A stretch of DNA of 64,000 nt from a virus (taxonomy: Duplodnaviria > Caudoviricetes), in the IMG/VR virus record IMGVR_UViG_2875499822_000002, positions 1 through 64,000 of that record, one strand, 5' to 3'. Under the pieces are notes generated by a model that made no database searches, was not told where the DNA came from, and saw only the letters and a program-made list of their open reading frames with translations. Shown here piece by piece: positions 38,950-47,404 of this stretch. A program made the position numbers and the translations under genes. Each line of letters opens with the position of its first letter. Position 1 is the first letter of the stretch.

Positions 38950-40830
38950 GTGGAGGATGTGAACGTGGCTGAGCAGGATCAGATGGAAAAAAAACCCGTG
39001 ATGGACGTTGCGACCTTTGAGGACTTTGAGCACATCAGTCTTTCGTCAATCCTTACCATGACGAACACCCTCCACTTCCATACATTGCAGGAAGTATTCC
39101 AAAAGTCGGCTCAAGTTGCCAAAGAGTCGGGAGATGTAGCAGCCGAACGCGCCTACAGCGTCCTTGCTGTGATATGCAGTTACCACTTTAATCCAAACAG
39201 AACTGACGCATTTAGCCCTCAAATGATCATGGATGGTCGGAGGTCACTAATACCGAGTGACTTCATAGGTGAACAGCAGGACGCTTTAACGCAAGTCACA
39301 GAGCATATCGATCATCCACTTCTTCGTGCACGGATCGCGGACAGTTGCTGGTACACGAACAGAAAGCTTCACAAAATGGCTGAGATCGCATCTACCTCAT
39401 ACCTCGACGCCGTGAATCTATTCTTCACTGGAGGTTTGCTGTATCAGTACGAGTCAGACTTTGAAGTCCCATCAAAGGTTGTTGACCTGATTGAACGAGC
39501 ATTTTCAATATATGCTTCAACAGGAAAAAGAAAAGCGATCCCAGACTACGCAAAAGAAACTTTCACCAAGGCTTACGAGACCGCAAAATATAAATTAAAT
39601 TTAATTGCATTCCACAGACTCTCCTCCCTCGGACAGAACTACGGCTTACTTGAATGGGGCGTGATAGCGAAGACCGCAGAGCTGATGGCGCTTGCCACCA
39701 AAGATAAACAGTATGCAGAAGCAGTGAAAAAAGTCTGGCTCCACGCTGCTTATGCATATTCCAAGGTGGGTGAAAAAGAAGCATCGACCAAATGTAAGAT
39801 AAGCGCTGTCGACCAGACACTAAGAATGAGAGATGCAATCGGCTCAAACATGGCCAAAGCGTCATGGACAAGAGATGCGATTGGTGAGCTCAGGTCAATT
39901 GGGGGAATGAGCGATAGAATCAATGAGTTAAAGCTTGAGCTTCAGCAATTCGAAGAGGACTCTCTATCTGAACTGGGTGAGTTCAGCATACCTGTAGACT
40001 TAACCGACGCACGACAGGCTACAATTGATGACTTCGAGGGACTGGAAGTTCACGAAATGCTATATCGCCTTGCGTTTGCGTCAAGACCTCCCGAGAAGAT
40101 AGCCTTACATAAAAATAGCCTTCGAAAGAAAAGCAAATACTTCCTTTCTTCAAGCATGGGAAAAAGTTATTCAGACCAGCAAGGAAAAATGATTGCTCAA
40201 TCTCCATCAGCTGGTTTCGGAGATAAACCTTCCGAAGAATGGTTCGATCATGAAGCCCTTACAGAAGTTGGATTCCACTATCATGTAGAAACCGAGGCCT
40301 TCATCAAGCCCGCTTGCATTACCATGACTGAGTACGAGTGCATTGATGAAAGACATTTGGAGCCACTCGTTTACCACAGTGCTTTCGTACCACCGGGGCA
40401 CGAGGCAATTTTTGCACTGGGTTTCGCACGAATGATTCAAGGAGACATGGTTTCCGCTGTTCATGCACTCATTCCGCAACTGGAAAACTCTCTTCGATAC
40501 GTACTCATCAACCGAGGTGCTAGAACTGCAAAGCTCAATGTAGATCTTACTCAGGAAGATCAGTCTCTCAGCCAAATGTATTCGAATCGCAAAGATGAGT
40601 TAGAGCAAGCGTTCGGCAAGGACATAACTTATATGTTCCATTTACTCTTCAACCTAAAGGGCGGGCCTATGCTGAGACACGAAATGGCTCACGGAAAGCT
40701 CACTGCTAGCAGCTGCTACAGTGCCCCGTGTATTTACGCATGCTGGCTAATGTTCCATGTCACTTGCAGCCCTCTTGTAAGACTCTGGAAAACTCACATT
40801 GAGCCAGCAATTCAAGAAGTAGTTCATTAG
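38950..40830 (+). CDS. DUF4209-like protein with C-terminal HEPN motif, candidate defence RNase
   Basis: LIPQLENSLRYVL...GPMLRHEMAHG (Rx4H); low GC; first gene after att. Confidence 0.75.
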   Translation: MEDVNVAEQDQMEKKPVMDVATFEDFEHISLSSILTMTNTLHFHTLQEVFQKSAQVAKESGDVAAERAYSVLAVICSYHFNPNRTDAFSPQMIMDGRRSLIPSDFIGEQQDALTQVTEHIDHPLLRARIADSCWYTNRKLHKMAEIASTSYLDAVNLFFTGGLLYQYESDFEVPSKVVDLIERAFSIYASTGKRKAIPDYAKETFTKAYETAKYKLNLIAFHRLSSLGQNYGLLEWGVIAKTAELMALATKDKQYAEAVKKVWLHAAYAYSKVGEKEASTKCKISAVDQTLRMRDAIGSNMAKASWTRDAIGELRSIGGMSDRINELKLELQQFEEDSLSELGEFSIPVDLTDARQATIDDFEGLEVHEMLYRLAFASRPPEKIALHKNSLRKKSKYFLSSSMGKSYSDQQGKMIAQSPSAGFGDKPSEEWFDHEALTEVGFHYHVETEAFIKPACITMTEYECIDERHLEPLVYHSAFVPPGHEAIFALGFARMIQGDMVSAVHALIPQLENSLRYVLINRGARTAKLNVDLTQEDQSLSQMYSNRKDELEQAFGKDITYMFHLLFNLKGGPMLRHEMAHGKLTASSCYSAPCIYACWLMFHVTCSPLVRLWKTHIEPAIQEVVH

Positions 40831-40849
40831 AGCCCAACAGACCCCACCA

Positions 40850-40985
40850 GCGAGTTCGCAGTCACACTCTGTGAATTAACTCTCATCAATAGCGAATTCA
40901 CACCATCACACTGCGAATTCGCTATAGCCACTTGCAAAATCGCACTCCCCTATTGCGATTTCGCATTCACACTTTGCGAAAGTCA
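40850..40985. repeat. Seven degenerate GCGAATTCGC palindromes at exact 21-bp period
   Basis: Units start at 40850, 40871, 40892, 40913, 40934, 40955 and 40976; followed by an AT-rich tract. Confidence 0.85.
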
Positions 40986-41075
40986 GGTTATACACTCAAC
41001 TTTCTATAATTTATTGTTGAAACATCAAAAGCTCCAGTTGCACAATAAATCTAGAGCTTCTTTTTAGCCAGTTGT

Positions 41076-41120
41076 GTCTATGTCAGACAATAGACGACTA
41101 GCTACTCACATCCCTCCGGG
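41076..41120. other. Candidate oriT
   Basis: Inverted repeat GTCTATGTC-A-GACAATAGAC followed by CACATCCCT, directly upstream of mobC. Confidence 0.4.
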
Positions 41121-41167
41121 TGTTGCGTTAAATGGGCTCGATAACAATAAAAATAAAGGTGGGTCAG

Positions 41168-41461
41168 ATGAAAGATGAGATCAAGCAAAACAAAGATTCA
41201 AGGATCACGATAAGACTAACTAAGTCTGAGCTCGAAACGCTTGAAGCAAAGATGTCCCAGGCCGGCTACAAAGCTGCTGGTGCATTCATTCGAGACTTCG
41301 TAGTCAGCAATAGCGTCAAGCCGAAAATCAGCGGAGATGTCGTTCAGATCGCACGAGAGCTGATGAACTTGGCATCTATGATTAACGCCGAATACCCTGG
41401 TGATGTACTCCTGGAAAAAGTTAAGCGTATCGCTCAAATCAATGCTGGGGGTGCCCTATGA
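41168..41461 (+). CDS. mobC: MobC-like ribbon-helix-helix relaxosome protein
   Basis: ITIRLTKSE...AGY...AFIR; overlaps the relaxase start. Confidence 0.8.
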   Translation: MKDEIKQNKDSRITIRLTKSELETLEAKMSQAGYKAAGAFIRDFVVSNSVKPKISGDVVQIARELMNLASMINAEYPGDVLLEKVKRIAQINAGGAL

Positions 41462-42612
41462 TTGGCAAAATCTTCCCCAAGTCAGCAGGCTCTTTTAAGG
41501 GGCGCATCCGCTACATTTTTGGTTGCACTAAGCATGACCATGAGATCACGGGTATCAGGACTATTGACTCTAACTGCCTAAGTTCAGACCCGCTCCCTGG
41601 CATCCTTGCAGGCGATGAAACTGGTGTACAGGAAATGATCCGGGAGTTCGACAGTGTCGAAGCTATGAGACGCATGTCTATCGACTCAGACAAGCCAATT
41701 AAGCCCGTTTTCCACGCGATGCTTTCCCTGCGCCCCGGCGAGTCCCTCACGACGTCCCAGTGGCGCAAAGCAGTCCAGACGTACATGAACGACCTGGGCT
41801 TCGACGAGACCAACCAATTCGTCGCTGTCATGCATCAAGACAAAGATCATCAACACGTCCACATCGTCGCCAACAGGATTCGCCTCAATGACGAGTTCTC
41901 AATGGTAAAGGACAGCAACGAGCGAAGCGTCAGCCTGGACTCCGTCTCCCGGATCGAAGACCGCTTCGGCCTCACCAAAGCTCCGAAGCCCAAAGACACC
42001 TGGGGAGTCTCAATCAGCCACGCAGAGCTCCAAGCATCAATCCGCGACAACGACCTACCTTTGAAGCACAAGATGATTGCGAAGATCGCCGGAGCAATCG
42101 AGTCCACCAACGCCGTCCAGGGCGACATGTTCGACTTCGTCCGAGGGCTCAGGAGGCAAAAAGTCTACATCCACCTCACGCTCAACGAAGATGGCCAACC
42201 CAAGGGCATCAGCTATGAGTTTGACGGCAAACATATATCCGGTAGGCAACTCAAGCGCTCAAGACTCACATGGCACAAACTAACCACACAGGAAGGAATA
42301 AAGTATGACCCCGAAACCATTCACGAGCTTCAGAGAGAAATTGCGAGAAGAGATAGCGAAGAACAAGAAAGAGCTAGACTCTACTACTTTGAGTTCATCC
42401 CGCTCTCAGCTCGGAGAAGGAAACCCATCTACATCAAGTTCACAGCAAGAGACTACCAAGTACAAAAGTTGATTAAGCAAATATTGGAAATCATCGAAGC
42501 TCTATTTGACACGCTCTTCAAGCCCCAAGAGTGCCGGCTCAAGCGCAGCTACATTGAGTACAGCCCTGGCACTCCACTAAGCATCCCAGATGAAGAGGAG
42601 CTTACTCTTTGA
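41458..42612 (+). CDS. Relaxase (MOBP-like)
   Basis: N-terminal Tyr (FKGRIRYI), FHAMLSLRPGE, three-His motif HQDKDHQHVHIVANRI. Confidence 0.92.
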   Translation: MIGKIFPKSAGSFKGRIRYIFGCTKHDHEITGIRTIDSNCLSSDPLPGILAGDETGVQEMIREFDSVEAMRRMSIDSDKPIKPVFHAMLSLRPGESLTTSQWRKAVQTYMNDLGFDETNQFVAVMHQDKDHQHVHIVANRIRLNDEFSMVKDSNERSVSLDSVSRIEDRFGLTKAPKPKDTWGVSISHAELQASIRDNDLPLKHKMIAKIAGAIESTNAVQGDMFDFVRGLRRQKVYIHLTLNEDGQPKGISYEFDGKHISGRQLKRSRLTWHKLTTQEGIKYDPETIHELQREIARRDSEEQERARLYYFEFIPLSARRRKPIYIKFTARDYQVQKLIKQILEIIEALFDTLFKPQECRLKRSYIEYSPGTPLSIPDEEELTL

Positions 42613-43069
42613 GATACTGCTTGTAATAGCTCATCAGCAAACGGGCGTCGAGCAACGCATGATGCGGAAGCTCCGGCGCTTCTTCGCCCTCTACACCTTT
42701 CTCATTGAAAAGATCAATAAGGTTTATTGGTGTATTTGCAACGTTGCTTGGCCACTTGCCTTGATGATAAACAACGGAGCAAAAGAACTCCCAATCCCAA
42801 GCGGGAGCGTCCGACATGATCTCTACGCTGTCAAATTTAGCAAGAAAGCTCCAGAGCTTGTTCCTAGCAGACTCTGTGGAAATTAGGGCTGAACCACCAT
42901 TTAACTGTGGCAACACATTATGAACAACAAACTCGCTGCAATCATCGAGAATGTAATTATCATTAAGCTCAAAGTAGAGCTCTTGCCCATCCTCCGCTAC
43001 GAGCGCCATTGAGATGAGCTTAGAACTCGCATTTAGCTGTGTGAATTCACAATCCACAACGATTTTCAT
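42602..43069 (-). CDS. DEDDh 3'-5' exonuclease-like protein
   Basis: VDCEF...DAPAWD...HHALLDA. Confidence 0.8.
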   Translation of the reverse strand: MKIVVDCEFTQLNASSKLISMALVAEDGQELYFELNDNYILDDCSEFVVHNVLPQLNGGSALISTESARNKLWSFLAKFDSVEIMSDAPAWDWEFFCSVVYHQGKWPSNVANTPINLIDLFNEKGVEGEEAPELPHHALLDARLLMSYYKQYLKE

Positions 43070-43749
43070 AGTGAGTTCCTTTTTGCTAGCTCGTGTTTAG
43101 CTATCATCGCCATCTCTTCTTTCCAACACCGGACAAACTTCATCCAGTCGCCCGCATAGCTTCCTAGAATGGAAGCCGTTGAGCCAGCGCTCGCTTGCAG
43201 AAAACGCTCACACCAAGGTTCTGGAATGTCGTCGAAACCCACATAGTCGATTGACCCAGGCGCAGATGTGACGGGCACCATCGCGACGACCTCATCAATC
43301 CCAAGAGCATGAGCCTCACCAATAGGATCAGCCTCGTCCGCATTAGCTATCGCAGCCAGAGCTTCGAGAAGTGGCTCTGCGGCTTTTGACCCTGGTTCTA
43401 CCGGCTCTAACCGCCATATTGCCTCCCGACGCTCACGCTCACGATCATAAAGCCTTCGCCAGGCGATCCGGAATCTATCAAATTCATCTTTTAAGCCTTG
43501 CGTGGTTTTCTTATCAGCTAAAAGTATGCGTACCTGATCTTCTACGGAGTCAGAAATAGAACTGAGACTGTTGGGATGTACGCCCCTAAGTGCCAAGGCG
43601 AATGCAAACTTTGTTAGTTCATCCGACACTCCGGCCATTTCTCTAATACCCTCAATCGGATTGTTTTCGAGGTATAACCGAGCTACGCCTTGTGCATTCA
43701 ATATGCTTCTAAAACCCTTCATAACCTGCGACTCCCCAACTCCACACAT
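43066..43749 (-). CDS. Hypothetical protein
   Basis: 227 aa ORF, ATGA-coupled to the exonuclease; start uncertain. Confidence 0.7.
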   Translation of the reverse strand: MCGVGESQVMKGFRSILNAQGVARLYLENNPIEGIREMAGVSDELTKFAFALALRGVHPNSLSSISDSVEDQVRILLADKKTTQGLKDEFDRFRIAWRRLYDRERERREAIWRLEPVEPGSKAAEPLLEALAAIANADEADPIGEAHALGIDEVVAMVPVTSAPGSIDYVGFDDIPEPWCERFLQASAGSTASILGSYAGDWMKFVRCWKEEMAMIAKHELAKRNSL

Positions 43750-43821
43750 CCGATGTTAGTGTTTGCTGGCAAACCTGGCAAGTAGTACAATCTGGCGACC
43801 TAAGTCAAGCGTGGCAAAGAC

Positions 43822-44037
43822 ATGACCCCCCCCAACGGCGGAGTTGCTGACTTCGTTGAAAAGCTTGCAGCGCAGCATGGTGTGACTGGTGAAATGGACA
43901 GGATTGACAGAATGGCCAGCACCTTCACAAGGTTGTCTGGTGATGATGTTGAACTTGACAGAATTGAGCGCTTGTTAGTAAGTCTTGGTAGAAAAGGCAT
44001 CTTAGACCTAGACGACATATTCGTGCTGGAAGAGTAG
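43822..44037 (+). CDS. Hypothetical protein (possibly truncated by TAG)
   Basis: 71 aa; frame stays open after the TAG up to a TGA overlapping the next gene. Confidence 0.55.
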   Translation: MTPPNGGVADFVEKLAAQHGVTGEMDRIDRMASTFTRLSGDDVELDRIERLLVSLGRKGILDLDDIFVLEE

Positions 44038-44071
44038 TACCTGGATCATGAGAAGAACAAAGAAGCTCCCC

Positions 44072-44368
44072 ATGAATGAAATGGATCTAACTGTCAGCTC
44101 GAATATATACGAAGCTGGAGTTCGCTACGTAAATGGTGAAATTTCCGTTGAAGGAATTATTTATGGAACGGTGGATGGGGAACCGGTGGACGGCGACCGC
44201 ATGACTACACATCGACTTCATAAAGCCTGGGTGGGCGACATGGGAATCGGACTGCAAGACAGCCAGGGAAACCGTTACCTGGTCATCGACTTTGACGAAA
44301 TGCAGGAGTTTGCCTTACAGAAGCTCCACCTGCTGCTCGGCCTGGCCTACCTGGGGGAAGCCGCATGA
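44072..44368 (+). CDS. Hypothetical protein
   Basis: MNEMDLTVS...; ATGA-coupled to the next ORF. Confidence 0.65.
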   Translation: MNEMDLTVSSNIYEAGVRYVNGEISVEGIIYGTVDGEPVDGDRMTTHRLHKAWVGDMGIGLQDSQGNRYLVIDFDEMQEFALQKLHLLLGLAYLGEAA

Positions 44369-44784
44369 GGATCAACTGGCGGGTGCCCTTACGAGCCCTC
44401 TGGCGGATTCTGAAGTGGATTCTCTCAGTCATCGACACCCTGGTTGGGCTGCTGATAACGAGCCTGTTTATGCCAGTGGTGGCCATAGTGCTGCTAATGA
44501 GAAAGGGAGCCCAAAGGATCGGCAGGATGGTCAAGCGAGCTATGCGATCAACAGATCACGATATGACTGATGTCTCCGTCGAGAATAGGTGGATGTACGG
44601 TCAGGTCGACGGCGACATGTCCGCATTCGGGATGTTCGCTGAGCTTCACTACGACGTCAGGCTATCTCGGGAAGGCATGATCGTTAAGTCTCGGGACGGT
44701 AAGACCTTCCTGGTGAAGCAGATGAAAAAAGGCCAGTCCCCTGCAGAACTGGCCCCTCTCCTAGCTGAAGCATTCTTACGCTAA
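44365..44784 (+). CDS. Hypothetical membrane protein
   Basis: One TM segment near the N-terminus. Confidence 0.65.
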   Translation: MRINWRVPLRALWRILKWILSVIDTLVGLLITSLFMPVVAIVLLMRKGAQRIGRMVKRAMRSTDHDMTDVSVENRWMYGQVDGDMSAFGMFAELHYDVRLSREGMIVKSRDGKTFLVKQMKKGQSPAELAPLLAEAFLR

Positions 44785-45225
44785 CAACTCTCGCAATTTT
44801 GCAGGTGGCAGCCGGCATAGCTCAGACGCCGTGTAAGCCCCTGTGAGCATCAGCAAGGTGGCAGCGTCGTAGTCATGCATGTCACCGCCGATACTTCCCA
44901 CGGCACACAACAGGTCGACCTGATCGTAGTCCGTGTACCTGACGCTGGTATTTTTATTCTCCTCGGGTTCTTTAGCCTGCGTTGCACGAACTTTTAAATT
45001 AAGTTTACCAACTTCATTATTGGCCCTATTAATTAAAGCCCTTAGCCCGGCTTCGCCATAAGTCCCGATACTCTCTATAGCAATATCAATCAAATCTTCA
45101 ACATCCACCGCATCATCATGCTCATACTCCAGACCGCAATCACATTCTTTATCTAGATCACCCGACTTGATTAAAGCCCTGGCGATCTGATCTACATTGA
45201 TACGAAGTGAGTTCTTGATACCCAT
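44776..45225 (-). CDS. Hypothetical protein
   Basis: 149 aa, AAGGA SD, upstream TTGACA-N16-TAGATT promoter-like sequence. Confidence 0.7.
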   Translation of the reverse strand: MGIKNSLRINVDQIARALIKSGDLDKECDCGLEYEHDDAVDVEDLIDIAIESIGTYGEAGLRALINRANNEVGKLNLKVRATQAKEPEENKNTSVRYTDYDQVDLLCAVGSIGGDMHDYDAATLLMLTGAYTASELCRLPPAKLRELLA

Positions 45226-45401
45226 ATTATTTTCCTTTTTTGGGGTCTCGATTTAAACATCATATTGAATTGGACTGACCCACTCAATAAATAATTACAA
45301 TCTATATGAAGGTAATTTGATGTCAAATAGCCCCGACCAGCTATTGCATGCCAGGAAACCCTTTATATAATGGACTTATAGAGAGATTTTCGGGGTTCAA
45401 G

Positions 45402-46373
45402 ATGAGCAAGAAGCTGTCGACATTACTTGTCGCAATCGCATTTCTATTGTCCAGCGTAACTGCAATTTCGGTTGCGCTTGCAATGTACGCATTGATCGAC
45501 GACAAGAAGTTAGCGCTTCTATTTGCTGGCGCAGCGGTGCTCCTAGATATATTTAAGTATCTGGCCTGGCCTGTGGCTATTCGTGTACTACGTGGCAGCA
45601 GCGCGGCTCTTACAATTGCCTGCGCCTTGATGCTGTCCGTAGTTAGTGGATGGGCCACTTATGATCGCTTGATGACTTCGATCACCATCAGCAAAGCCAC
45701 ACACGAAGCCATGACTACTGAGCGTGTTACTGCTCTTACCACCCTGGCTCAGAAAGACTCTGCTCTTATCGCTCAATTAGATAGAGAGATCTCTGATGCG
45801 ACTGCCCAAGCTAGTGACCTGCGCGTCCGTGGCATGGTTTCTAAAGCCCTTGAGCTCGAAGAGTCTGTCAGCACTCGTGCAGCAGCTCAGCGTGCTCAGG
45901 CTCTGGCGCGGATCAATTCTGGCTCTTTGGAAATCGCACAGATCAAGTCCACAGTCGCAAAAGCATCCAGCTTGCCGCCCCTGCTGGCTCAATTGCTGTG
46001 CCTGGGATTTGCCATGTCTCTAGAGATCGTACCTGCACTGATTCTGACTGGCGTTCGTACCGCTAGACGCTCTAGCACGCATGTTGTAGCCTCATCAGCT
46101 ATCGAAACGCCACCACTCGAAAATGGTGGGGCTGAGTTGCCACAGGAGACGCCAGAAACGCCAGAAACCCCGAAAACGCTGTTGGGAACGAACGACGAAA
46201 TCCTGAAATCGCTGGTAACCCAGGTGGAAACGCTGACACCGGGCACTCCAGTCAGACTCAAGGATTTTGCGAGAAAAGCTAGGATCGGCAACCTACGTGC
46301 ATGTGAGATTTTCAGGACTGCCGAGACCTTGGGAGTAATTAAAAAAACAACCATCGGCTATGTTACGACATGA
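45402..46373 (+). CDS. Multi-TM coiled-coil membrane protein with C-terminal HTH-like domain
   Basis: 3 N-terminal TM segments, coiled coil, TM, ETP repeats, RLKDFARKARIG...GVIKK. Confidence 0.75.
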   Translation: MSKKLSTLLVAIAFLLSSVTAISVALAMYALIDDKKLALLFAGAAVLLDIFKYLAWPVAIRVLRGSSAALTIACALMLSVVSGWATYDRLMTSITISKATHEAMTTERVTALTTLAQKDSALIAQLDREISDATAQASDLRVRGMVSKALELEESVSTRAAAQRAQALARINSGSLEIAQIKSTVAKASSLPPLLAQLLCLGFAMSLEIVPALILTGVRTARRSSTHVVASSAIETPPLENGGAELPQETPETPETPKTLLGTNDEILKSLVTQVETLTPGTPVRLKDFARKARIGNLRACEIFRTAETLGVIKKTTIGYVTT

Positions 46374-46445
46374 CCGAAAACTCTATGAAGCTCGTTATTG
46401 GCAATGATAAGTTAGCCTTGCTACTTATCGATAAAGGGATGTTTT

Positions 46446-46769
46446 ATGAAGTTATATCGAGTTGCGTGGGCCATCTTCATGGTCTTAATTGTCGCCCCAG
46501 CTTTTTTGCTAGCATCTGCTACAGAGTCGCATAGCATAAGTGAAGTTGCTGACGGAGCGTACAAACTCCTCTGTGACTTACATTTACCATATATAATCTC
46601 TGGCATTGTCGCGTACCCCGTCGCCATTGTCGCAACGCTACTGCCAAGTTCTAGTTCGCTGCTGCCATTTTTGGGGGAGATGATTTGGAAAGGTGTCGGA
46701 GTCATTCTCCTCGCCGCCGCATTTCTTAATATCCGCCCACCGTTTTACAAAAAAGAGGGACAGGAGTAA
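46446..46769 (+). CDS. Small membrane protein
   Basis: About 3 hydrophobic segments; TAATG-coupled to the next gene. Confidence 0.7.
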   Translation: MKLYRVAWAIFMVLIVAPAFLLASATESHSISEVADGAYKLLCDLHLPYIISGIVAYPVAIVATLLPSSSSLLPFLGEMIWKGVGVILLAAAFLNIRPPFYKKEGQE

Positions 46770-47404
46770 TGGCACTCGTCGGCCCGCGAAGCTTTAAGCA
46801 AGCAATAACGTTCTTAATTCCTTTTTGGATTTTGGGTGAGATATTCCTCGGTTTCATCAGAAGTCCACTCGGCGACAGATACACCGGGGAAGTATATGTC
46901 GTAACCGAAAAACATGGATTCCCAAAACCAGTGCAGCTCAACGCAAAACTAGATGTTGAGCTGGGCGATAGCTTGGACTTTTTCGATAAAATTAATGGTG
47001 GGAATATCCGCTTAAAATTTAGTGGAGAAGACCTGAACAAGCTAAAACAAGCTGGCATTGACCCGGCATTCTTGGATGAAAAAAACAACTCATCTTGCAT
47101 TATAGAAAAATCTAAAACAGCTAGAAATCAGTCATTCTTTGCTGGATTTGACAATAGTTATGAAGGCGGATATTCGAGCTACAGTTACGCTACTGACTAT
47201 ACGTTACGCAGGATGCCGGACAAGCCAAACTGCCATGCTATACATATAGGCGTGATTGACTTTGACAATATCCAGCTCGCGGTGACAGATCTGAATCCGA
47301 CATCCTTTGTGTTTGCTAGTCTCACTCGTGAATCGCACATCGGATTCATTCAGCGAATGGTACTTAAACTCAGGTACAACAGAGACGATATAGCTAAGCT
47401 TTAG
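46769..47404 (+). CDS. Membrane-anchored hypothetical protein
   Basis: N-terminal TM segment, GGAG SD, low GC. Confidence 0.7.
   Translation: MALVGPRSFKQAITFLIPFWILGEIFLGFIRSPLGDRYTGEVYVVTEKHGFPKPVQLNAKLDVELGDSLDFFDKINGGNIRLKFSGEDLNKLKQAGIDPAFLDEKNNSSCIIEKSKTARNQSFFAGFDNSYEGGYSSYSYATDYTLRRMPDKPNCHAIHIGVIDFDNIQLAVTDLNPTSFVFASLTRESHIGFIQRMVLKLRYNRDDIAKL

Noticed and set aside
40850-40985. CRISPR array
   Set aside because: Repeats are 10 bp and degenerate, spacers are 11 bp, and there are no cas genes; kept as a periodic palindrome array
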